DNA from: an uncultured virus (IMG/VR IMGVR_UViG_3300017963_000256)
Taxonomy: Duplodnaviria > Heunggongvirae > Uroviricota > Caudoviricetes
Reading direction: 5' to 3' (one strand)
IMG/VR virus record: IMGVR_UViG_3300017963_000256
Length of the DNA stretch: 64,000 bases
In this document: positions 49,435-57,840 of the stretch, in pieces
Layout: each line of letters opens with the position of its first letter
Numbering within the stretch: position 1 is the stretch's first letter
Made by a program: the position numbers and the translations under genes
The notes under the pieces: model-generated
Told to the model about the DNA's origin: nothing
Seen by the model: the letters and a program-made list of their open reading frames with translations, nothing else
Database searches by the model: none

Positions 49435-49713
49435 ATGTCCAATAAACGTAAAATCGGTGAACTTCTTGTGGAAGAAAAATACATTACACAAGAACAACTC
49501 GAAAAAGTATTAAAACGCCAAAGAGAACTAGAAGATCATATGCTCTTTGGAAAAATCTGTATTGATATGGGGTTTCTAACTAAGGAAAAATTACATCTTT
49601 TCCTTCAGAAGTGGGAAACGCATATACAAATTGGGGATGTGCTGATTAATAAAATATTGGTAACTGAAGAGCAGATTAAAGAAATAAAAAAGAAAAAAGA
49701 GGGAAAAGATTAA
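49435..49713 (+). CDS. Stand-alone MshEN-like (c-di-GMP-binding) protein
   Basis: KIGELLVEEKYITQEQLEKVLKRQ, LFGKICIDMGFLTKEKL and QIGDVLINKILVTEEQI follow the RLGxxLxxxGxIxxxQLxxxLxxQ repeat. Confidence 0.75.
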   Translation: MSNKRKIGELLVEEKYITQEQLEKVLKRQRELEDHMLFGKICIDMGFLTKEKLHLFLQKWETHIQIGDVLINKILVTEEQIKEIKKKKEGKD

Positions 49714-49937
49714 AGAACCGGATCTCGTCGCCTTTTAATTAAAGACAAAGGATCTGGACCTTTACGCTTTCTCAGCATTTTCTTCTCCCTCTTTCTTTTC
49801 TTCTCTTCCTTTTCTCCCACTTCATCATCTTCACGCGGATAATGTATCAATAAACCAGTACCATCCCGCTCCCTATCTATATACGGGACGCCAGTAGGCA
49901 TTGTATAAGTCTCTTGAGCTAACTTGTACCAGTTCAT
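49710..49937 (-). CDS. Small protein with MNWYKLAQ leader
   Basis: ATG at 49937 coupled (TGATG) to the upstream stop. Confidence 0.6.
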   Translation of the reverse strand: MNWYKLAQETYTMPTGVPYIDRERDGTGLLIHYPREDDEVGEKEEKKRKREKKMLRKRKGPDPLSLIKRRRDPVL

Positions 49938-50233
49938 CAGTCCGAAATTATATATTGTAATCCAATGTAAGGAATATTCAGATTCCAATTAAGAACATAT
50001 CCTTCACTATCAGAATATTCTTGATCATCCCCTCCTGCACTAGACTCATCACTTACTTCATGTTCGCCGGGATAATGGAAATTATTCGCCAAATAACTAA
50101 TAGCTTCTTTTGGGTCTTTTTCTAATTCCTTCATCGCTTCTTCAGCTTCGTCGCCTTGGAGGAAAACAACCTGCTCATAAACATCTGCGACTTTGTCCAT
50201 TGCGGCATACTTTTCTGTTTTGATGATCTTCAT
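49937..50233 (-). CDS. Hypothetical protein
   Basis: MKIIKTEKYAAMDKVA leader. Confidence 0.6.
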   Translation of the reverse strand: MKIIKTEKYAAMDKVADVYEQVVFLQGDEAEEAMKELEKDPKEAISYLANNFHYPGEHEVSDESSAGGDDQEYSDSEGYVLNWNLNIPYIGLQYIISD

Positions 50234-50655
50234 ACGTCTTTCCTCCCCTTATTACGAAGATGTCTAAGAATGGGGTGCTGCATATGTTCAATGTTGTTAT
50301 TTATGAAAAATTTATTAATAAGACGAATTCTTTCGGGATCAGCCAAGCCTTTATTTCTATCCAACATTTGTTCCAACTTACTCGCCACATTCAATGCTTG
50401 AGGCGAAAGATCTGTTTCTATAACCTTTTCACTTTTCTCACCAGAGAACCAACCAAGATCTGCAATCCATTGAATCACTTTATCGCGAATTGCACTTGGC
50501 AATTCACTAACATCCATCCTAAGAATTTCATTTAATTTACTTTCTCCCATTACAGCTTCTTTTTGAAGCTTGTCCCGCAGAACTGAAGCCTCTTTCACAA
50601 ACCCTTCCTGCTCCAGACGTGTCAGGATGTATTGTTTCGTTGCAAAAATTTTCAT
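50230..50655 (-). CDS. Hypothetical protein
   Basis: MKIFATKQY...LEQEGFVKEA...LQKEA; AAGGA-N17-TAAG at 50691-50716. Confidence 0.6.
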   Translation of the reverse strand: MKIFATKQYILTRLEQEGFVKEASVLRDKLQKEAVMGESKLNEILRMDVSELPSAIRDKVIQWIADLGWFSGEKSEKVIETDLSPQALNVASKLEQMLDRNKGLADPERIRLINKFFINNNIEHMQHPILRHLRNKGRKDV

Positions 50656-50738
50656 TGGAACTCTCCTGTTATTAGTGCCTATTCCGTTATCTTATAAATT
50701 TTAATCCAAATTCCTTTTACAAAATATTCTTTCTTTAT

Positions 50739-50861
50739 TGTCACAACGACATAACGACATAGTGACGTACCAATTTTATGTCATTCTGACTATATTCAAA
50801 CCACCCAAAATCATCATCTGTTTGTAAATCAATAACTTAACTGTTTGGCATCATCCTTGCA
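50739..50861 (+). promoter_or_regulatory. Sigma54 promoter with IHF site and upstream activator-like boxes
   Basis: TGGCATCATCCTTGCA (50846-50861); AATCAATAACTTA fits WATCAANNNNTTR (50827-50839); TGTCA-N3-YGAC at 50739 and 50779. Confidence 0.75.
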
Positions 50862-50936
50862 TTTAAGTTAAGGCATCGAGAATGAGGCATAAGCCTCTTA
50901 GACGCCAAATAAACCCTTTTATAAGGAGCAAAAACC

Positions 50937-51359
50937 ATGCTGGCTCTCAACCCTATTTTCAAAAGAAGCGGCTTATTTCCGTCCCTAGAGCGCGATTTCG
51001 ACGGTCTCTTCGGATCTTTAGCCTCAAATGACTTTGCGCCGCAAATAAGTTGCAAAAGCGACGAAAAACAACTCACCATCAAAGCCGAAATCCCCGGTAT
51101 CGATGAAAAGGATGTTGAACTCACAATCCAAGATGACATCCTGACCATCAAGGGCGAAAAGAAAAAAGAGCAGGAAGTCAAGGATGATGACTATTACTTC
51201 TCAGAATGCAAATACGGTTCATTCGACCGTTCTATCCGCATCCCAGATGACACCAATATTGACAAGGCAACGGCAACCTTCAAGAACGGTGTCCTCGAAA
51301 TCACCATGCCGAAAAAAGAGGAAAAAAAACCTAAAAAAATCAACGTGAAAATCAAATAA
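50937..51359 (+). CDS. Hsp20/alpha-crystallin small heat-shock protein
   Basis: AEIPGID...LTIKGEK...YGSFDRSI...ATFKNGVLEITMPK. Confidence 0.92.
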   Translation: MLALNPIFKRSGLFPSLERDFDGLFGSLASNDFAPQISCKSDEKQLTIKAEIPGIDEKDVELTIQDDILTIKGEKKKEQEVKDDDYYFSECKYGSFDRSIRIPDDTNIDKATATFKNGVLEITMPKKEEKKPKKINVKIK

Positions 51360-51361
51360 CT

Positions 51362-51372
51362 ACGTATAATAA
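51362..51372 (+). promoter_or_regulatory. ACGTATAATA promoter-like box upstream of the tRNA
   Basis: Recurring motif ~10 nt before the tRNA 5' end. Confidence 0.6.
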
Positions 51373-51381
51373 GTAAGTAGA

Positions 51382-51455
51382 GCGCTCGAAGCTCAATTGG
51401 CTGAGCGGGGAGACTCTAAATCTTCCGGTTGTGGGTTCGAACCCCACCGGGCGCA
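51382..51455 (+). tRNA. Amber suppressor tRNA (anticodon CUA), no encoded CCA
   Basis: Acceptor GCGCTCG/CGGGCGC plus A; D arm GCTC/GAGC; anticodon arm GGGAGA-CTCTAAA-TCTTCC; T arm GTGGG-TTCGAAC-CCCAC. Confidence 0.85.
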
Positions 51456-51489
51456 ATTCACTTTTAACCCTTTTTATAGGAGAAGCACC

Positions 51490-51561
51490 ATGAGAACGCC
51501 TTTCTGGTAGGTGTTTAATAGCAGACCCCCTCCGGTCGTTGTTTTTCATCCGTCTTTTTAA
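51490..51561 (+). CDS. Putative leader peptide with in-frame amber codon: MRTPFW*VFNSRPPPVVVFHPSF
   Basis: AGGAG at 51478-51482, ATG 51490, TAG 51508-51510, AGA CCC CCT CCG at 51523-51534, TAA 51559-51561. Confidence 0.55.
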
Positions 51562-51590
51562 CCCAAACATTTCTTTTACGGAGAAAAACA

Positions 51591-52067
51591 ATGACTATTT
51601 CAATCATCGATTTTATTCGTTTCCGCGTTCAGTTTTGCAGTGACAAAATCTTTCAGATCAAAAAAGATGCCCTAGAAAGTCGAACGGCATATCGCTACGG
51701 TTACGTCGATAAGAAAACCGGCGAACGTGCCACCGTCCAATCCGACAGTAATGACACGGTGTGGGATCGCTATCCCTACACCACATTCGACTCTCACATC
51801 TGCCCAACCCATCCCAAATGGAATGAGTACAAGGGTCTGAAAAGACAGGTCTCATTATGGATTGCCGCCCTCCACGTGGCAAAAGACAATGAGCACACCG
51901 AGAAGTATCACAACGTCTCTTTGAAAGACGCCAGACAGCAGTTCAAACACGCCATGGGTCAGTTCAAAGACATGGTTCCCAGTCAAAAGTCTGCCCTTAC
52001 CAAATGGGTAGAAGAACGTGAAAAGGAGCGCGAAAATGCAAAGAAAAATGTATCTGCTTGTGCTTGA
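51591..52067 (+). CDS. Hypothetical protein coupled to the Pth2-like gene
   Basis: 158 aa, GGAG ribosome-binding site; overlaps the next gene. Confidence 0.65.
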   Translation: MTISIIDFIRFRVQFCSDKIFQIKKDALESRTAYRYGYVDKKTGERATVQSDSNDTVWDRYPYTTFDSHICPTHPKWNEYKGLKRQVSLWIAALHVAKDNEHTEKYHNVSLKDARQQFKHAMGQFKDMVPSQKSALTKWVEEREKERENAKKNVSACA

Positions 52068-52365
52068 TTCTTTGTCACCCGCTCAGCAAATCGTTCAAGC
52101 AGCACATGTGACCGCTGAATTTGTCTATCACTTTGATGACAGGGAAGATGTGTCTGACTGGCTTACGAACCATCAAACAATGGTCGTACTGGGCGTTAAC
52201 GAAAAAGAACTTGGGGATTGGGAATACCGCCTCGACCGCAGGCAAATCCCTTTCCACACGTTCTATGAACCTGACGTGGACAAACACACCGCCTTAGCCG
52301 TCGTCGTAGACGGCAATGGCGCTAAAATGTTCCGCAAACTGCCAATGATTCAAGGAGACGACTGA
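52036..52365 (+). CDS. Pth2-like peptidyl-tRNA hydrolase
   Basis: KMYLLV..LS..QQIVQAAH...W.....MVVL...F.EPD...TALA. Confidence 0.75.
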   Translation: MQRKMYLLVLDSLSPAQQIVQAAHVTAEFVYHFDDREDVSDWLTNHQTMVVLGVNEKELGDWEYRLDRRQIPFHTFYEPDVDKHTALAVVVDGNGAKMFRKLPMIQGDD

Positions 52366-52718
52366 TGGAGAAATTCAAGATTTATCTGATCGAAGCAAGC
52401 ACCGGCTGTACATGCTGTGCGTCAGAGAACCACATGCGGGGTCCGTTTAGGACTGAAGAGGACGCCAAACGGCGCATCGAGTATTACCATAACAGTCCCA
52501 GAGAAACGGGATACTGGCCTCTGGCGTCTCAATATGCTCGTCGCGGCAGATATAGCGTTGAGGAATACGAGGTCGAACCGATCAGCGATGACCGATTCAT
52601 TCTAGGTGAAGAAAAGGTTTTGGATAGCCTGAACTTCATCGATGTAAATGAAGACGGGACCATCAAGCAAGATAGTGACGCAGAATGGTTTGGCAGTGAC
52701 AATCTTTTCGGTTGGTGA
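52365..52718 (+). CDS. Hypothetical protein
   Basis: 117 aa, GCTCC motif, TGATG coupling. Confidence 0.6.
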   Translation: MEKFKIYLIEASTGCTCCASENHMRGPFRTEEDAKRRIEYYHNSPRETGYWPLASQYARRGRYSVEEYEVEPISDDRFILGEEKVLDSLNFIDVNEDGTIKQDSDAEWFGSDNLFGW

Positions 52719-52725
52719 GCACCAA

Positions 52726-52760
52726 TAAAAAAAAGGACGGGCGTAATGCCCGTCCTTTTT
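52726..52760. terminator. Bidirectional terminator
   Basis: A run, GGACGGGC-GTAAT-GCCCGTCC, T run. Confidence 0.9.
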
Positions 52761-52776
52761 GTGTTTGAAATGGATC

Positions 52777-54999
52777 TTATTTCATGAAGCATCTGATGAA
52801 ACAAGTAGAACTATCTGAACCGCCACCACCTCCAGCCGGAACAGGCTCCCCTTCACCTCCGCCATTTGCTTTGCGCATTTCTTCCTGATGGTAGGTTTCC
52901 AAATCATCAACCAACTGACTGAAATCGCCTTCCTCAAGGAAAATCTGCTCATTCCCATCGGTGACCGTCACACACCCGTCCAAGATCAACATCTGATTAT
53001 TGATCTCTTGGAGTTCCTGCTGAGAGACTGGGTCAAGTTCGTAGTACTCACCATTCATGAGATCCATCATTTCTTCAGCCTCATCGCCTTCAAAGATCTT
53101 TTCGACCCCATCGATGGTCACTTTCATGGCGGCAATACATGCCTCTGTTCCAATAGCATAGGTGACAGAGCCTGCAATCAAAGCCGCGCCACCAGCCCCT
53201 ATGATCTCGCAACCAATGATAAGGTAAGGATGCCCCGCCTTCGAACACCAGTAGGCACTGACGTAAGAAAAAGTATAAGCGCCGACCGCATAAGAAGCAG
53301 CAAATGCTCCGACTTTGCAGGGGATTACTTCAGGCTCACTAGTAGCCAGATCGTAAGCAAAATAGACCTCGCCGCCATGTCTCAAGGCGAAAAAGGCATC
53401 GTCCATAGCGATCATGCCTTTTTTCATGAACCACTGAGTCCACTGTTTATGAAATGACGGATTGGCACTTACTTTCGTAACCCTCAGACGATAACTGTGT
53501 TTAATCGAAGCCCTTTTAGCATCGTCGAGAGTCATATGCGGCTCCTGCAACTTATCGTAATATTGCAGAAAGTAAGTGTCAAACTGAGAGGCACTTTCAG
53601 AAGGATTCAAGTTGTCAATTACCTCAACCCATCCCTTTCCGGTGTGTTCAACAAGGTATCCGGAAGCCGCTACAAGGTTCCCGTTGTTAACCGAATATGT
53701 CACCTTCGCTCCAGTCGGACCATGCTGAACCAGACGAACATCATCTGCAGAAGCCATCATGGAATTGATTTTGGATATCTCGATTCTGTTGGATATCTTC
53801 TTATGATTTCCATGACTGTCCTGTACAATGCTGTTGTATGCTTTAACATCAAGGTTGTGGATTTCATGAGCACGTGTGTTGGAGGGACGAATATGATCGC
53901 TCCGATGCCCTGCATCCAAATGGAGATACTTAAAATCTTGGATATGGTAACGGATGATCGGTTTCGCCTGCTTATCCGTGAAGACCCATTCGAAATAGTA
54001 CGTGTATTTGATTTCGCCGCCTATCAAAGCCTTACGTCTGGCTAAACGAAATTCAACGGTCGCATGATCGTTATCAAGCGCCTTGTAATACTTTCCGGGG
54101 GTCTCGTAGTCCTTTCCCTTGATGGCTTTGAAGTCACTTTCCTGAACGCTATCAAGGTATTGCTGAAGTTCCACGCTCTCCTGTGCGGTTTTCACCGTTT
54201 CGAACAACCCATGTTTGGAGGCAAAATCACTCCACAGGAACACAGCAACGTGCGACCACAGGAATTCATCTTCGCTGAGATCCTCGATTACGACATAGTC
54301 AAAATGCTCTTCTTCGACCACATCGTCCTCTACCGGTTCAGGAGTATCATCAACAACTTCCTCGTCCTGTGATCCATTGTCAACGAAAACTTCTTCGCTA
54401 TCATCGTCGTCGTTATCCTCAGGTTCTTCGCCGTCTTCATTCATATCAAAAGAAAACGATCTATACCCTTGGGGAGACCTTCTGTAGCCGTCGTCATCGG
54501 CATACGGGGCTGAACTGACAAGATCCCACGCTGAATTGCAATCGACGCCCTGAATCCAGACCCGAAAATCTTCTTCAGAACGCACACGGATGGTCAATTC
54601 CAAAGTGTCCCCGTCTTCAGCATCATACAGATACACTTCAGCTAGATAATCATCCAATTCAAACGTATCACCATCTGGATCCCACGCCATATCGCCCGGT
54701 TCTAACTCGTAATAATTGTCATAATCGTCGAGATCGCCTCTGATTTCTACTTCATCGGCATCCCCTTCCACCATGCATTTGACATGAAGAAAGTCGCTAC
54801 CATCCCCGCGATAACGGATTTCTACACGGATATCCACGTACCCATCCGTATAGAATTCCAGTTCATCACGGTCGTCCACATCTTCCCACTCATAGTCCGT
54901 CTTTGCGGATCGAACCTCAACACTGACAATCTCAACCCGCGCCAAAACCGTCGTGGTCATGAAAAGCATAACCGTCACTGCTATCAGCCATCGCAACAT
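52777..54999 (-). CDS. Secreted/surface protein with a CFI-box-CTERM-like tail
   Basis: Signal peptide MLRWLIAVTVMLFMTTTVLA; Gly/Ala-rich hydrophobic helices; ends GGGGGSDSSTCFIRCFMK. Confidence 0.65.
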   Translation of the reverse strand: MLRWLIAVTVMLFMTTTVLARVEIVSVEVRSAKTDYEWEDVDDRDELEFYTDGYVDIRVEIRYRGDGSDFLHVKCMVEGDADEVEIRGDLDDYDNYYELEPGDMAWDPDGDTFELDDYLAEVYLYDAEDGDTLELTIRVRSEEDFRVWIQGVDCNSAWDLVSSAPYADDDGYRRSPQGYRSFSFDMNEDGEEPEDNDDDDSEEVFVDNGSQDEEVVDDTPEPVEDDVVEEEHFDYVVIEDLSEDEFLWSHVAVFLWSDFASKHGLFETVKTAQESVELQQYLDSVQESDFKAIKGKDYETPGKYYKALDNDHATVEFRLARRKALIGGEIKYTYYFEWVFTDKQAKPIIRYHIQDFKYLHLDAGHRSDHIRPSNTRAHEIHNLDVKAYNSIVQDSHGNHKKISNRIEISKINSMMASADDVRLVQHGPTGAKVTYSVNNGNLVAASGYLVEHTGKGWVEVIDNLNPSESASQFDTYFLQYYDKLQEPHMTLDDAKRASIKHSYRLRVTKVSANPSFHKQWTQWFMKKGMIAMDDAFFALRHGGEVYFAYDLATSEPEVIPCKVGAFAASYAVGAYTFSYVSAYWCSKAGHPYLIIGCEIIGAGGAALIAGSVTYAIGTEACIAAMKVTIDGVEKIFEGDEAEEMMDLMNGEYYELDPVSQQELQEINNQMLILDGCVTVTDGNEQIFLEEGDFSQLVDDLETYHQEEMRKANGGGEGEPVPAGGGGGSDSSTCFIRCFMK

Positions 55000-55069
55000 G
55001 GGACTATCCCCCTTTCGGAGACCTTAAAAAAATTGAAAAAAGACACCAAAGCCATCCACGGCTTACTAA

Positions 55070-55080
55070 CTATTATACGT
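55070..55080 (-). promoter_or_regulatory. ACGTATAATAG promoter-like box
   Basis: Preceded by GAGATTCG; upstream of the secreted-protein gene. Confidence 0.65.
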
Positions 55081-55191
55081 AATTTTCCTCGAATCTCGAT
55101 AAAAAAATGCTTTTCTACAGTCGATGTCAAGAGAAAAATCATTTTTTTAAAAATACTTTACAACCTATCTTACCATCATAGCAATACTAAT

Positions 55192-55219
55192 AAAAAAGCC
55201 CCACCCGAAGGTGAGGCTT
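55192..55219 (-). terminator. Rho-independent terminator
   Basis: Minus strand AGCCTCACC-TTCG-GGTGGGGCT followed by a T run. Confidence 0.85.
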
Positions 55220-55364
55220 GAAAAAATCTTTAAAAAAATCTTGGTTTTCAGAGGGAAAAGCTTATTTTGAAGCCCCTCTAACATCGATCAAAGGCGAGAC
55301 CATCTGCCCATTGGTGACAATCACTTTGTCCCCAACTCCCGTCTTCCAAAGCATCTTTTGCCAT

Positions 55365-55556
55365 TTAACGAACATATTCCGATTCATTGGACATCTTACG
55401 TACTTTTTCCATTTCTTCGGTGGAAATAGATGCATTGTAAGCGGAAAAAATAAAGAATCCAACAATAGCCGCAATGACCACAAGAACAATCCCAATATAT
55501 ACAATTAAACCAAGATCGGGCGGATCGTTCCAAATCGCCTTAAACAGTTTGCGCAT
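55365..55556 (-). CDS. Single-TM paralog family member, possibly truncated by an in-frame TAA
   Basis: TM helix plus SISTEEMEKV; MAKDALEDG continues in frame after the stop. Confidence 0.5.
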   Translation of the reverse strand: MRKLFKAIWNDPPDLGLIVYIGIVLVVIAAIVGFFIFSAYNASISTEEMEKVRKMSNESEYVR

Positions 55557-55797
55557 TTACTTTCTCCTTCGCTTTTCTTTTTATATATCTGCCTACACGC
55601 TTCCAACCTTCATTATCCGATTTAATCAGTAATTTTGGATCTTCGTTGCAAGATTTGCATACAAAAAACCCATACAGCCCTAATGAATACATGTGAGCAG
55701 CCTTATTCTCACACAAGCAACGACCACCAAGCGAAACTCCGTCATAAGTCACTCTGAGTTTTACTTTCTTCCCTTGACAATAACAGTGCATATTCAA
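55540..55797 (-). CDS. Small Cys-rich protein
   Basis: Coupled 85-aa ORF. Confidence 0.5.
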   Translation of the reverse strand: MNMHCYCQGKKVKLRVTYDGVSLGGRCLCENKAAHMYSLGLYGFFVCKSCNEDPKLLIKSDNEGWKRVGRYIKRKAKEKVNAQTV

Positions 55798-56189
55798 TCT
55801 CCAGTTAAATTCTCGACATCATTTCCAGAGGCATCTTTAATCTCTTCACCGTAAACATTCGACAGCATATACGTCCGTTTAATCTCTGTAAACTCTTCGG
55901 CATCGATTGTCTTATCAAATTCCATGGCCTCCACCACCAAAGGTTTCAAAGACGGCATTTCTTTGACCATCTGATTCACTTCTTTATATTGCTCTTCTGT
56001 AATCGATCTTCTCCCCAAGGTGGCTGAAAACAAAATTCCACCAAAAAAAATAATTAACGTACTTACCAATACTATAGGGAAAATATCCTTCCCACGAAAC
56101 CAATCCCTAATATATTTGAAAGCATATGATAAGTTTAATGTCATATCAATCGCCGGAAGTTTCTTTTGGAACCTTCCCCTCATAAACAA
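55794..56189 (-). CDS. Single-TM paralog family member
   Basis: TM helix plus SITEEQYKEVNQMVKEMPSLKPLV. Confidence 0.6.
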   Translation of the reverse strand: MFMRGRFQKKLPAIDMTLNLSYAFKYIRDWFRGKDIFPIVLVSTLIIFFGGILFSATLGRRSITEEQYKEVNQMVKEMPSLKPLVVEAMEFDKTIDAEEFTEIKRTYMLSNVYGEEIKDASGNDVENLTGD

Positions 56190-56499
56190 ATGGCAGTCTT
56201 GCTTTATTCTTTATCAACTTGAAATGTTTCACCAAAATTGTTCCGTCTTCCTGCACATAATCCACAACCATATACTTCAAATACGGCTGTTTCTCAATCA
56301 GTTGATTCAATTCAATGTACTGTTCGTCTGATATCGTCGCAGTGTCATGATAAATTGCGAAAAATAAGACACTGAACATAACAATGATAATAGACGCAAT
56401 GATAAACGCCTCATGCCTTATGATACGAGATGCCCGTGAAAGCCCTCTATCCTTGACCCATTTAAAGAAATGAGAAATTTTTAAGGTTGGATCTAACAT
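56146..56499 (-). CDS. Single-TM paralog family member
   Basis: TM helix plus TISDEQYIELNQLIEKQPYLKYMV. Confidence 0.6.
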   Translation of the reverse strand: MLDPTLKISHFFKWVKDRGLSRASRIIRHEAFIIASIIIVMFSVLFFAIYHDTATISDEQYIELNQLIEKQPYLKYMVVDYVQEDGTILVKHFKLIKNKARLPFVYEGKVPKETSGD

Positions 56500-56714
56500 A
56501 CCTCGATTTTCTCCTTCTTCTTTTTATCTTCTTCCTCTTTTTGGACTTTGCCAGCGGCAATCGCCACAATAAGGATGAAAGGCACTGAAACAGCACCAAA
56601 GGCTGCCATATATGCACCATCCTTGGAAATAGCCTCAAACAATCCAAGAACAAGAAATATAAAAGCAGCAAAACACGAAATCAAACAAATCTGCGGTAAA
56701 AGAAACTTATGCAT
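56493..56714 (-). CDS. Two-TM small protein
   Basis: Two hydrophobic helices and a charged tail. Confidence 0.55.
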   Translation of the reverse strand: MHKFLLPQICLISCFAAFIFLVLGLFEAISKDGAYMAAFGAVSVPFILIVAIAAGKVQKEEEDKKKKEKIEVC

Positions 56715-56723
56715 CTCTTCTCC

Positions 56724-57185
56724 TTACATGTGAATGATAATGACCTTGTTTTCCTTCAGCAGTTTGCTGAGATGCTGACGACCACGATCAATGCTCTCTT
56801 CTTCCTCTTCGTCTGCAGCGTAAGTGCATCCCCAATTGTCGGCAAGATTCTCAAACCGATGATCATCTTCCGAAAAGACAACTTCCGCTTCATCGTCGAA
56901 AATCGCAACCTGATCCGATTCATCAACCACGATGAAAGAGTTGTTGGCGTACAGATTCAGTTCCTCTTCCGGTTCGTTGCTGTTTTCCCATCCATCTGAA
57001 TAGGCAGTCGCCTGACCCTCTACCTCAATGGTGGCTTCCAGTTCGCCGTTACCATCGACGGAAGCAGCCTTATTCCAAGGGAAAGGACGGCTTTCGAGGT
57101 CTTCCAGTTTGCCAAAGATTTCTTCGGCATCTTCTTTGGGCAGAATACGAACGCTCGTATACTCAGTCAAAAACTGTGCTTTCAT
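56724..57185 (-). CDS. Acidic hypothetical protein
   Basis: 153 aa, AGGAG ribosome-binding site. Confidence 0.6.
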   Translation of the reverse strand: MKAQFLTEYTSVRILPKEDAEEIFGKLEDLESRPFPWNKAASVDGNGELEATIEVEGQATAYSDGWENSNEPEEELNLYANNSFIVVDESDQVAIFDDEAEVVFSEDDHRFENLADNWGCTYAADEEEEESIDRGRQHLSKLLKENKVIIIHM

Positions 57186-57203
57186 CTGTTTACTCCTTTT
57201 TGG

Positions 57204-57533
57204 TTACTGGATTTCCTGATTCCAACGCAGGCTCTTGGCTTTGTTCCGAACTTCAGAACACAGGGCGCTGTTATCTTCAACTTCCCGCAGAACCCACAGG
57301 ACAGACTTCTTCCATGTCTGGAGTTTCTCCAGTTGTTCTTCGGCATCAGTTTTTTCTTTGTTCTGCTCCGACACCAGCTGAGTGTACAGTTCGAAGATGA
57401 TAGGAATGACTTCCTGCATCGAAACTTGGGTAGGAGCACAGTTCTGCTCTTTCTGCCAATCCTGAATGGCAGTCATCAGATCGTCAGGAGCGTCACTGTA
57501 CTTTTCGATCAGTTTCTTCAGATTTATTTTCAT
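57204..57533 (-). CDS. Hypothetical protein (start uncertain)
   Basis: 3' part of ORF 57204..57611. Confidence 0.5.
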   Translation of the reverse strand: MKINLKKLIEKYSDAPDDLMTAIQDWQKEQNCAPTQVSMQEVIPIIFELYTQLVSEQNKEKTDAEEQLEKLQTWKKSVLWVLREVEDNSALCSEVRNKAKSLRWNQEIQ

Positions 57534-57840
57534 TTTCAATTTCCTTGGTCGTTTTATTTTCTTCATCGAAATCATATTTGGTTTCGATTTCTTTTTCCAG
57601 CCTTTTATCAATTTCTTCCCGCAAGGCTTTCAAAAACTTCACAGTCCAACACCCTTCCAACTGCTCCATCAATTGAACTGCCGCTTTTTCATGCTGTTCG
57701 TAATCTTCTTCCGAATACTGCTTCACATCATGCATCCAGACATCTTCCAGATGATCATAACGCTCAAACATATGAATAAGCATTACACTATTCTTGCTTA
57801 TTCGGATCGGTTCCCGAATTATCTCTTTCTGTATCGACAT
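57493..57840 (-). CDS. Hypothetical protein
   Basis: 115 aa in a run of overlapping genes. Confidence 0.5.
   Translation of the reverse strand: MSIQKEIIREPIRISKNSVMLIHMFERYDHLEDVWMHDVKQYSEEDYEQHEKAAVQLMEQLEGCWTVKFLKALREEIDKRLEKEIETKYDFDEENKTTKEIENENKSEETDRKVQ

Noticed and set aside
51382..51455. Calling the tRNA tRNA-Pyl or tRNA-Arg(UCU)
   Set aside because: It has canonical D and T loops and discriminator A, unlike tRNA-Pyl, and no pyl genes are in the window. The UCU register gives a poor stem and C at position 33.
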